Source: Pseudonocardiaceae bacterium (GTDB taxonomy: Bacteria; Actinomycetota; Actinomycetes; Mycobacteriales; Pseudonocardiaceae). Taken from it: a stretch of DNA of 64,000 nt. Below are positions 25,362 to 33,845 of this stretch, in pieces. The stretch covers positions 11,041 through 75,040 of the forward strand of contig DASUGU010000036.1 in the NCBI GenBank assembly GCA_036273855.1, in the 5' to 3' direction. The notes beneath the pieces were generated by a model, which saw nothing but the letters and a program-made list of their open reading frames with translations, ran no database searches and was not told where the DNA came from. The position numbers were made by a program, and so were the translations under genes. Within the stretch, counting starts at the first letter, position 1. The number at the start of each line of letters is the position of its first letter.

Positions 25362-27209
25362 TCAGCGCCGTGGCTCCGGCAGCAGCATGGCCAGCACCCC
25401 GCCGACACCGAGCGCGACCAGCCCGGCCAGGGCGAGTACGAATCCCGGACCGAAGGTGACGTGGGCGCCCGCGATGTGGTGGGTCAGCGGGAACGTCAGC
25501 ACCCGCACCAGCAGCACGCCCGCGGCGCCGAACAGCAGTGCGGCCGCCCGCTGCGGCCGGCAGCGCGGGGCCAGCAGCGCGGCGGCGACCACCGCGACGA
25601 CGCCGAACACCAGGCCCAGGGACGCGAACGTGAAATGCGACCACAGCCCGGGTTCGGTGAAACCGGGTGCCTCCAGGGCGGGCAGGCCGAACGCGCCGAC
25701 GGCGAGCAGCGCCCCGGCGACGGCGGGCCCGACGACCCCGGGGTGCCACCGCAACCGGCTCAGGTCGACGTCGTCCCGCTCGACACCGCCGGCCAGCCCG
25801 GCGCAGCAGGCACCGGCGAGAGCGGCGAGCATGGCCAGGGCGCTGGCCCAGAACCCGGGGCCGATGCGGACGCCGGTGATCTGGTTTGCGGTCAGCGCGG
25901 TGTCGAACGCCGTCGTGCCGGCGAGCACCACGCCGGCCCAGGCGACCGCGAAGGCCGGCCGGACGGCGGGCGCCCAGCGCGGCACGAGCATGCCGACCGC
26001 GCAGATCCCGATCAGCGCGGCCGCCGGGATGAGCAGCCGGCCGGCCACATCGGTGGTGGGCGGCAGGTCCGGTGGCAGCAGGAACAGCGAGGTGTCCGCG
26101 CCGACCAGCGCGGCGCCCGCGGCCAGCAGGCCGGCCACGCCGGTGGCCAGGTGCAGCCGGGACTGGGTGGGCAGGGTGAGATCGGCCGGTTCGGCGGTGT
26201 CCCCGCCGGGCGCCACCGCGCGGTCGGTGATCAGGCCGAACACCACCAGCGCGGCGGCCGCGACGACGGCCGCGTACGGGCCCCAGGCCGGGCCCAGGTC
26301 GGGGACGGCGATGCCGGACACCAGCCGGGGCAGCGCGATCGCGAGCACGGCGGCCGCGGCGCCGAGCAGCCAGCCCTTGGCGATGGCCGGGTCGGTGGAG
26401 GTCACCGCGATGGTGGCGGCCAGGGGCACGGCGACGGCGATCAGCAGGCCGCCGATCAGTGGCGTGGCCGGCAGGTCGAGCACGCCCCTGGCGAGCAGGA
26501 ACGGCGAGGACGACGTGAACGGCGCGGCCACCAGGCCGACGGCGGCGACGGCACCGAGCCCGAGCGCGAGCAGGACCGGGCCCTGGTAGCTGCCCGGGGT
26601 GCGCTCGGTGCGGTCGGCCGGGTCACCGAGGTCGCCGACGCCGGTGGCGAGCACGCCGCCGAGGAGGGTGAGCAGGTGGCCGGCCAGCAGCAGCCACAGT
26701 CCGATGCCGCCGTGCAGATGCACCAGCGAGGTGGGCATGGCGAACTCGGGCCGGGCGGCGGCGCTGCCCTCGATGCCGAGCTGGGCGTCGGCCAGGGCGC
26801 GGCCGGGCGCGAACAGCGCGGCGGCCAGCAGCACACCGCCGACGGCGGCGGCCGATCCCCTGGCGGCCAGCACGACGGCGACACCGGCGGGCAGCAGGCC
26901 CAGGACGAACAGGAGTGGACCGGCGGCGAAACCGGCGGGCGTCGCCGGACTCACCACCGGCAGCAGGGCGCCGACGGCCAGCAGCAGGCCTCCGGCGACG
27001 CCGGAGGCGAGCGCGGCCAGCAGCCGGGGCGGCAGTACCGCCCACCGGGTGAGCGGCCCGGTCACCTCGTTGCCGGGTCTCACGTGCTGTGCTGGGGTCC
27101 GCGCGGTCACTTGGCTGACGCTAGCAAGGGTGGCGCCGCCTGCCCGGTAGGTCCGGCTGGCTCGATTCGGCCCGTGCCGGCGACCTCGGACCTGTTCACG
27201 AACCCGCAC
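25362..27209 (-). CDS. large polytopic integral membrane protein, family unknown
   Basis: 615-aa ORF made almost entirely of Ala/Gly/Leu/Val-rich hydrophobic segments. The start is uncertain. Confidence 0.5.
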   Translation of the reverse strand: MRVREQVRGRRHGPNRASRTYRAGGATLASVSQVTARTPAQHVRPGNEVTGPLTRWAVLPPRLLAALASGVAGGLLLAVGALLPVVSPATPAGFAAGPLLFVLGLLPAGVAVVLAARGSAAAVGGVLLAAALFAPGRALADAQLGIEGSAAARPEFAMPTSLVHLHGGIGLWLLLAGHLLTLLGGVLATGVGDLGDPADRTERTPGSYQGPVLLALGLGAVAAVGLVAAPFTSSSPFLLARGVLDLPATPLIGGLLIAVAVPLAATIAVTSTDPAIAKGWLLGAAAAVLAIALPRLVSGIAVPDLGPAWGPYAAVVAAAALVVFGLITDRAVAPGGDTAEPADLTLPTQSRLHLATGVAGLLAAGAALVGADTSLFLLPPDLPPTTDVAGRLLIPAAALIGICAVGMLVPRWAPAVRPAFAVAWAGVVLAGTTAFDTALTANQITGVRIGPGFWASALAMLAALAGACCAGLAGGVERDDVDLSRLRWHPGVVGPAVAGALLAVGAFGLPALEAPGFTEPGLWSHFTFASLGLVFGVVAVVAAALLAPRCRPQRAAALLFGAAGVLLVRVLTFPLTHHIAGAHVTFGPGFVLALAGLVALGVGGVLAMLLPEPRR

Positions 27210-27386
27210 CGTTTCGATAGGGCCGTGGTCACCGGCATCGAACGATGTTTGTGAGGTAAATCACACCTGGCCGTGTGACCGGCATCGGTTGCCGGGACAA
27301 CCGTTCCGGTTGTTGCCCGGGCACTGATCGCTTCGTTACTGTCCCCTCATTCTTCGTCACGTTCCGATCACGGAGGGGAACCGGTC

Positions 27387-28088
27387 TTGCCCGCACGCCG
27401 GCTGAACGCGCCGTCCGTCGCGACCCGCGGCCGGGTCCTGTTCGCCGCCGTGGCGATCGGCGCGGTGGCCGCCGCCGTGACCGGCAGGTCCCTGCTGCCC
27501 TCGGCGACACCGACGGCGCTGGCCGAGTCCGGCGGGATGGCCGTCGTCGGCACCAACGCCGACGACTCCCGGTCGCTGGAGGTGCAGCCGGTGCGGCGCG
27601 GGCTGAGCGCGTCCGCCGAGGCCCGGCAACTGGCCACCAGCCAGCAGATCACCGGGCAGCAGAGCGTCGACACGTCGGTCGAGCCGGGCCGGACCGCGGG
27701 CGCCACGTTCACCAGCCCGGCCAAGGGCACGGTCGTCGCCACGTTCGGCGGCCAGTACGGGTCCTTCCACTACGGCATCGAGATCGCCGGCGTGAAGGAC
27801 ACCCCGATCGTCGCGGTCGCCGACGGCGTGATCATCGCGGCCGGGCCGGCCAGCGGCTTCGGCCTGTGGGTCAAGGAACAGCTGTCCGACGGCACGACCC
27901 TGGTCTACGCCCGGATGGACACCTTCTCCGTGCAGATGGGCCAGCACGTCGACGCCGGCCAGCGGATCGCGCTGATGGGCGACCGGGGCTTCGGCACCGG
28001 CTACACGCTGCACTTCGAGGTATGGGACCCGACCGGGAAGAAGATCGACCCGGAGTCCTGGCTCAACGAACGCGGTGTGACCGTCTAG
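27387..28088 (+). CDS. secreted M23-family metallopeptidase
   Basis: The TTG at 27387 follows GGAGGGGA. It has an N-terminal signal/TM segment. The catalytic region reads FHYGIEIAG...DGVIIAAG...GTGYTLHFEV (HxxxD and HxH-type motifs). It is syntenic with Rv0950c. Confidence 0.8.
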   Translation: MPARRLNAPSVATRGRVLFAAVAIGAVAAAVTGRSLLPSATPTALAESGGMAVVGTNADDSRSLEVQPVRRGLSASAEARQLATSQQITGQQSVDTSVEPGRTAGATFTSPAKGTVVATFGGQYGSFHYGIEIAGVKDTPIVAVADGVIIAAGPASGFGLWVKEQLSDGTTLVYARMDTFSVQMGQHVDAGQRIALMGDRGFGTGYTLHFEVWDPTGKKIDPESWLNERGVTV

Positions 28089-30433
28089 AGCTTCACCAGC
28101 GGCACGCTGCCGATCAGCATCAGCTTGATCGTCCCGGACGAGCCGAAGTCGATCGTCGCCGTCGCCCTCGGACCGGTGCCCTCGGCGGCGACCACCGTGC
28201 CCAGGCCGTACTTGTCGTGGCTGACCCGGTCACCGACCTCCAGACTGATCGCCGGCGTGTTCTGCCAGCCCTTGAACGGCGTGCTGCGCATGCCGCGCGC
28301 GGCCAGGTCGGCCTGCGCCGAGTCGTTGCCGCTGCGCCGCCAGGTGGTCTGCGCGGTCGGGGCCGAACGGTCCGGCTCCGTGCGGCGCCACTCGATGAGC
28401 TGGTCCGGGATCTCGTCCAGGAACCGGCTGGCCGGATTGGCCATCGGCTGGCCCCACGCCGAGCGGACCAGCGCCCGGGACAGGTAGAGCCGCTGCCGGG
28501 CACGGGTGATGCCGACGTAGGCGAGCCTGCGTTCCTCGGCCAGTTCGGTCGGATCGCCCAGGGCCCGCATGTGCGGGAAGATCCCGTCCTCCCAACCGGT
28601 GCAGAACACGACCGGGAACTCCAGGCCCTTCGCGGTGTGCAGGGTCATCAGGGTGACCACGCCGTCGTCGGAGTCGGGCACCTGGTCGGAGTCGGCCACC
28701 AGCGAGACCCGCTCCAGGAACGCGGCCAGCGGGGACAGCGCAGGCGTGTCCGCCTCGCCCTCCAGCACCGGGGCGCCCGCGTCCATCGCGGCGAACTCCC
28801 TGGCCATCGTGACCAGCTCGGTCAGGTTGTCCAGCCGGCTGGCGTCCTGCGTGTCCTCGCTGGCCTCCAGCTCGGCCCGGTAGCCGGTGCGGTCGACGAT
28901 CGCCTCGATCAGGTCACCCACGTCGGCGTCCTCGGCGACCAGCTCGCCCAGCTCGTCCAGCAGGTCGACGAAACCGGTGATGGCGTTGCGGGACCGCGGG
29001 TTCAGCAGCGGCACGCGGTCGGCGACGGCGTCGCGCAGCGCGGCGGTGAACGAGATCCGCTGCTGCTCGGCGTGGTTGGCGACGACCGCCTCGGCGCGCT
29101 CGCCGATGCCCCGCTTGGGCACGTTGACGATCCGCCGCAGGCTGACCGTGTCCTCCGGATTGGCCAGCACCTTCAGGTAGGCCAACGCGTCCTTGATCTC
29201 CCGGCGCTCGTAGAAGCGCACGCCACCGACCACCCGGTAGGGCAGGCCGAGGCGGATGAAGATCTCCTCGAACACCCTGGACTGGTTGTTGGTGCGGTAG
29301 AAGACGGCGATGTCGGCGTTGTTGGCCTCGCCGGTGTCCACCAGGCGGTCGATCTCGCCCGCCACGAACGCGGCCTCGTCGTGCTGGTTGTCGCCGACGT
29401 AGCCGACGATCTTCTCGCCGTCGCCGGACTCGGTCCACAGCCGCTTGTCGCGCCGGTTCGGGTTGCGCGAGATCACCGCGTTGGCCGCGGTCAGGATCGT
29501 CTGCGTGGAGCGGTAGTTCTGCTCCAGCATGATCGTGCGGGCCTGCGGGTAGTCCCGCTCGAACTCCACGATGTTGCGGATCGTGGCGCCGCGGAAGGCG
29601 TAGATCGACTGGTCGGCGTCGCCGACCACGCACAGCTCGCCCGGTTCCACGTCACCGTCGCCGGTGCCCACCAGTTCGCGGACCAGGGAGTACTGGGCGT
29701 GGTTGGTGTCCTGGTACTCGTCCACCAGCACGTGCCGGAACCGGCGGCGGTAGTACTCGGCGGCCGCCGGGAAGTCCCGCAGCAGCCCGACCGTGCGCAT
29801 GATCAGGTCGTCGAAGTCCAGCGCGTTGGCCAGGGCAAGGCGCCGCTGGTAGCTGTCGTAGACCTCGGCGACCCGCCGCTCCAGGTCGCCGGTGGCCGCG
29901 TCAACCGCCTCGACGGGCGTGATCAGCTCGTTCTTCAGGTTCGACACGTGCACCGCGAGAGTGCGGGCCCCGTACCGCTTGGGGTCCAGGTCCAGGTCGC
30001 GGGCCACCAGGGTGATCAGCCGCCGGGTGTCGTCGGCGTCGTACACCGAGAAGTTGGACCCCATGCCGATCGTCTTGGCATCCCGGCGCAGCACGCGCAC
30101 GCACATGGAGTGGAAGGTGGACACCCACATCGAGCGGGCGCGGTTGCCGACCAGGTCGGACACGCGCTCCTTCATCTCGGCGGCGGCCTTGTTGGTGAAC
30201 GTGATCGCCATGATCTGGCCGGGATGCACGTCCCGCTCGGCCAGCAGGTAGGCGATCCGCCGGGTCAGCACCCTGGTCTTGCCGGAGCCGGCGCCCGCGA
30301 CCACCAGCAGCGGCGAACCGGCGTGGGTCACAGCCTCCCGCTGCTGCGGATTCAGGTCGTCCAGCGAGGTGTCCCGGTGACTCCGGGTACGGGCGGGCAG
30401 GGTGTCTCCCGACAGTTCGAACAGCGCGCTCAT
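28085..30433 (-). CDS. pcrA: ATP-dependent DNA helicase PcrA / UvrD1
   Basis: ATG at 30433 (MSALFELSGD...). It has Walker A AGAGSGKTRVLT, the DEYQDT box and the TLHTAKGLEF motif, with a C-terminal Tudor-like tail DRVSHDKYGLGTVV. Confidence 0.95.
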   Translation of the reverse strand: MSALFELSGDTLPARTRSHRDTSLDDLNPQQREAVTHAGSPLLVVAGAGSGKTRVLTRRIAYLLAERDVHPGQIMAITFTNKAAAEMKERVSDLVGNRARSMWVSTFHSMCVRVLRRDAKTIGMGSNFSVYDADDTRRLITLVARDLDLDPKRYGARTLAVHVSNLKNELITPVEAVDAATGDLERRVAEVYDSYQRRLALANALDFDDLIMRTVGLLRDFPAAAEYYRRRFRHVLVDEYQDTNHAQYSLVRELVGTGDGDVEPGELCVVGDADQSIYAFRGATIRNIVEFERDYPQARTIMLEQNYRSTQTILTAANAVISRNPNRRDKRLWTESGDGEKIVGYVGDNQHDEAAFVAGEIDRLVDTGEANNADIAVFYRTNNQSRVFEEIFIRLGLPYRVVGGVRFYERREIKDALAYLKVLANPEDTVSLRRIVNVPKRGIGERAEAVVANHAEQQRISFTAALRDAVADRVPLLNPRSRNAITGFVDLLDELGELVAEDADVGDLIEAIVDRTGYRAELEASEDTQDASRLDNLTELVTMAREFAAMDAGAPVLEGEADTPALSPLAAFLERVSLVADSDQVPDSDDGVVTLMTLHTAKGLEFPVVFCTGWEDGIFPHMRALGDPTELAEERRLAYVGITRARQRLYLSRALVRSAWGQPMANPASRFLDEIPDQLIEWRRTEPDRSAPTAQTTWRRSGNDSAQADLAARGMRSTPFKGWQNTPAISLEVGDRVSHDKYGLGTVVAAEGTGPRATATIDFGSSGTIKLMLIGSVPLVKL

Positions 30434-30690
30434 CGTCTCGTTACGGTACCCGTCCGCCAGGACAACGACGGCATCAACTCGCGCCCGACAGGCCGCGGCG
30501 GCGCCGAGTGTGCGAAGATGACGTGGTGCGCGACCGCTCGTACTCGTACGTCTTTTTTTACGGGATCCGGACTCCGGCTCCCGTGGTCGAGTAGCGCGCA
30601 CAGGCCACAGCAAGCCCCGGAGTCCACGCGGACCCGGGGCTTTGTCGGGTCCAGGACCGGACTCCTCGTGACGACCCGGAGGACCACACC

Positions 30691-30996
30691 ATGAACACCA
30701 GCCCGAACACCACGGACAACGCGGCCGGGCAGCCCGAGGCGCGGCCGGCGAACCCGCCCGAGATCAGCCAGCTGCGCCGGGAGATCGACGAGTTGGACGC
30801 CGAGATCCTGCGGCTGGTCAAGCGGCGCACCGAGGTCTCCCGCATGGTCGGCGCCACCCGGATGGCCTCCGGTGGCACGCGGATAGTGGTCAACCGGGAG
30901 ATGGACGTGCTGGCCCGCTACCGCGAGCTGGGCCCGGAGGGCCGAGCACTGGCGATGGTGCTGCTCAACCTCGGCCGCGGCCGGATGGGCCGCTGA
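30691..30996 (+). CDS. AroQ-class chorismate mutase
   Basis: 101 aa. LRREIDELDAEILRLVKRRTEVSRMVGATRMASGGTRIVVNREMDVLARY...LGRGRMGR closely resembles the Rv0948c-type enzyme. Confidence 0.85.
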   Translation: MNTSPNTTDNAAGQPEARPANPPEISQLRREIDELDAEILRLVKRRTEVSRMVGATRMASGGTRIVVNREMDVLARYRELGPEGRALAMVLLNLGRGRMGR

Positions 30997-31083
30997 CCGT
31001 CGGGTCGACCCGGGCGCACCCTGAGCCGGACTCGGGGTGGTCACTGATGGCGAGCCGGTGCCGGACGAGAGCACACTGGAAAC

Positions 31084-31401
31084 ATGCTCGAGGGACTGTT
31101 CGGCATCATCGCCTTCATCATCGCCATGGGCGGCCTCATCGCCGCGCTGGCTCACGACGGCTATCTCGCCATGCTCGGCTCGGCGGCGAACCGCCGCGCG
31201 GGCGGCGAGCCGATCGCGCAGTACGTCCGCAGCCGCTGGGCGGTCGCGGGTGGGACCACGGCCGCCGGCCTGGTCGGCCTCCTGCTGACCTCGGGCGGTG
31301 GCGTCGCGGACACGCTGGCGATCATCGTCGGCGTCGGCACGGCCGGGGTGGCCACCAAGGCCCTCCAGTCCACCCGCGAGAAGTTCCGCACCGGCGGCTG
31401 A
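31084..31401 (+). CDS. small membrane protein
   Basis: 105-aa ORF with three hydrophobic helices (GIIAFIIAMGGLIAAL, AAGLVGLLLT, LAIIVGVGTAGVA). Confidence 0.45.
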   Translation: MLEGLFGIIAFIIAMGGLIAALAHDGYLAMLGSAANRRAGGEPIAQYVRSRWAVAGGTTAAGLVGLLLTSGGGVADTLAIIVGVGTAGVATKALQSTREKFRTGG

Positions 31402-31717
31402 TCCGCCGCCGACGGCCGGCGACCGGTGGTCGCCGGCCAGCCGTGCCCGGCCGGACCGCGAAGTCACACGTCCGTGTGGAATACCGCGTGGAACAGGCCG
31501 GTCGGCGGCCCGCCACTTACCCTGGCGCGGGTGACCGTGGAGCTATCCGCTGCGGTGCGCCGCGCCTGTGTTCCGTGCCCGTCACCGGGCACGCCTTTCT
31601 CACTGAACGTGACCTCGGGTGCGGCCATCCGGCTGACCCGGCACACCAGACGGTGAATCCGCTCCACAGGAGCGGATTTCGGCGTCAGGGAGTCGGGTAA
31701 CGGGGGTCACACAGCAC

Positions 31718-32647
31718 ATGGGCAGCGGATCAGGTTCCGACCTGGCGCGACGACGGGGCCGGGGACGGCACCGGCGGTCGAGCGCGGGCGACACGGGCGA
31801 GACAGGCGAACCAGCAGCGGAAACCGGCCGGGCACGGCACCGGCGACCGGAGATCGGGCCGGGGGAACCGCCACCGCCGGATCCGTTGTACGACAGCGGT
31901 TCGACCGGCCTGCGCATGTTCGACCTGGGCACCATCCCGGCGTCGGTCACCCCGCCCCGGAGTTGGCGGCGCGCCGCCTGGTTCACCGTGGTGGCGTCGG
32001 TCGCGGCCCTCGCCGGACTGCTGGCGATGGGTGCGCTGCTGGTCGGGCCGGCGCGCGACACCGGCCGGATCACCGCGCTCCCGTACTTCCCGGACGGCAA
32101 GCCGCTGACCTCGCTCGGCGGCGAGACCAGCGGTGTGCCCGTCCGGTCGGCCCCGGTCACGGCGGACAGCACCCCGAGGACCGGGTCCGGGCACACCGCC
32201 ACCACGACGCGGCACGCCTGGTCCGGCACGGCGCCGACACACAGCCACGGCAACCCTCCCGGCCGGTCGACCACGACCCGCCCGCCGGCTCCGGTGGCCG
32301 GCACACCACCGGTGATCACCACGGTGACCAGCGTCGGCGAACCGGTGGTGGACCCGACCAAGCTGATCAAGCGGACCAGGACGTTCTTCGCCGAGGTCAC
32401 CTCGGACGCGCAGGCGGCCGCCGACCTGACCACCGGCACCGTGCACGACGAGGCGGTGGCCCTGATCCGGCAGGGGTACGGCGATTTGTCGACCATCGAC
32501 ATCCAGCGGATCTCGCTCGATCCGAGCAGTGGACTCACCGTGTGCGTCGTGCGCGCGACCGGAAAAGACGGCGATACCCACACCCGGCGGATCACCCTCC
32601 GATTCACACTGGACGGCGATCCCAAGATCATCAATCCGGGCGGTTGA
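31718..32647 (+). CDS. bitopic membrane protein: basic N-terminus, one TM, Pro/Thr linker, about 100-aa C-terminal ectodomain
   Basis: 309-aa ORF. TM segment: AAWFTVVASVAALAGLLAMGALLV. Confidence 0.5.
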   Translation: MGSGSGSDLARRRGRGRHRRSSAGDTGETGEPAAETGRARHRRPEIGPGEPPPPDPLYDSGSTGLRMFDLGTIPASVTPPRSWRRAAWFTVVASVAALAGLLAMGALLVGPARDTGRITALPYFPDGKPLTSLGGETSGVPVRSAPVTADSTPRTGSGHTATTTRHAWSGTAPTHSHGNPPGRSTTTRPPAPVAGTPPVITTVTSVGEPVVDPTKLIKRTRTFFAEVTSDAQAAADLTTGTVHDEAVALIRQGYGDLSTIDIQRISLDPSSGLTVCVVRATGKDGDTHTRRITLRFTLDGDPKIINPGG

Positions 32648-32804
32648 CCCGTGCCGACCTCTGATTATTCAAGCGTTGCTCCAAGTGAGTGATACGTTCG
32701 ACCGTTTGTCGCCACAAAAGTGTGATCCACCGACAGACCCTGGCATCAGGCAATGGCCACACGGTACGAGTTGCCCCGAGCACAACGCGCACGGAGGCGA
32801 ACGC

Positions 32805-33650
32805 GTGGATCGTCCGACCACCGGACACCGGCGACATGACGCCGGTTCGATCACCGTCGTGGATCTGATCAGACGCCAGCAGGCCGGCCCGGTCCGGATC
32901 CCGTCGGCCGATGAGGCTGCGACCGTCCAACTGACGGACGAGCTGCTGGGCGACCTACCCGAGCAGCCGGTCGACCGTCCCCGGAGCTGGCTGGCCCGCG
33001 GCGCCAAACTGGCCGGCCTGGCGCTCGGCTCGCTGGCGCTGTGCGGATCGGTGTACGCGGCGTCCACGCTGACCCACCACCGGTCCGGCTCGGCGAGTGC
33101 CGACGGCCAGGGCAACACGGTGCTGACCGGGATCGGCGCGCTGCGCCCGGACACCCTCGCCGGCCAGTTGGGCGCCCACCAGGGCGTCGCCGCACCGGCA
33201 CCGACCAGGGCACGCGCCACACCGGACACCGCAACGGTGGCGAGCGGTCGGGCCACCGGCAGCATCGTCGGCGAGTCGGCGCCCAGCACGTCCACGACGG
33301 CCACGGTGCCGCCGCCGAGCAGCGGTCCGGCCGGCGCGCTGTCGCCCGCCGACCTGGTGCGCAGCTTCTACCGCCTGGTGGCCACCGACCCCGGCCTGGC
33401 CACGCAGCTGCTCTCGCCGTCGCTGCTGCACGGCGACGGTGCGAACCGCGGCTTCGACGACGCCTGGTCCGCGCTGAGCGGCCTCCAGGTGGAGAGCGTG
33501 CGGCAGTTGTCGCCGCACTCGGTCCAGGCCGTGGTGCGGCTGCGCGAGCCGGACGGTACGTGGCTGCGCGTGGTCGAACTACTGCACGTGACCGGCGGTC
33601 ACCATCCGCTCATCAACGGCGCCGAGCTGCTCTCCGCCCAACGCGGCTGA
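32805..33650 (+). CDS. bitopic membrane protein with similar architecture to the preceding gene
   Basis: The GTG at 32805 is in frame with ORF 32529..33650. TM segment: LAGLALGSLALCGSVYAA. It has a Pro/Ala/Thr linker and a C-terminal domain. Confidence 0.45.
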   Translation: MDRPTTGHRRHDAGSITVVDLIRRQQAGPVRIPSADEAATVQLTDELLGDLPEQPVDRPRSWLARGAKLAGLALGSLALCGSVYAASTLTHHRSGSASADGQGNTVLTGIGALRPDTLAGQLGAHQGVAAPAPTRARATPDTATVASGRATGSIVGESAPSTSTTATVPPPSSGPAGALSPADLVRSFYRLVATDPGLATQLLSPSLLHGDGANRGFDDAWSALSGLQVESVRQLSPHSVQAVVRLREPDGTWLRVVELLHVTGGHHPLINGAELLSAQRG

Positions 33651-33845
33651 CGATTCGGGTAGCCTGACGGACCCGAACAGCTAGACCGTCCGGGCGAGTC
33701 CGGGGTAGTGCGCTGGGCACGGTGGGTAAGCCAATACTCTTGTCACGTGACTCGACCGGGTACCTGTCACGCGGCCGGCCGCAGTGGCCGGCGGCCGGCG
33801 GACACTCGCCGGCGCGGCCGGAGACCTCGTTGGGGGCTGTAGAAG

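Noticed and set aside
27230-27386. Possible cyclic-di-AMP (ydaO-type) riboswitch upstream of the M23 peptidase gene, since such leaders often precede actinobacterial cell-wall hydrolases.
   Set aside because: I could not find the conserved ydaO elements (ACGGGGGACCCA-like, CCCGAACCCG, CAGCTAACC). Only an imperfect GC hairpin is present.
30410-30425. GTTCGAAC near the pcrA start as an SOS box. Isolated TCGAAC half-sites elsewhere were considered too.
   Set aside because: The half-sites are in the wrong arrangement (abutting, with no N4 spacer), and this one lies inside the coding sequence (LFEL). Only 8823-8838 and 17955-17970 match TCGAAC-N4-GTTCGA.
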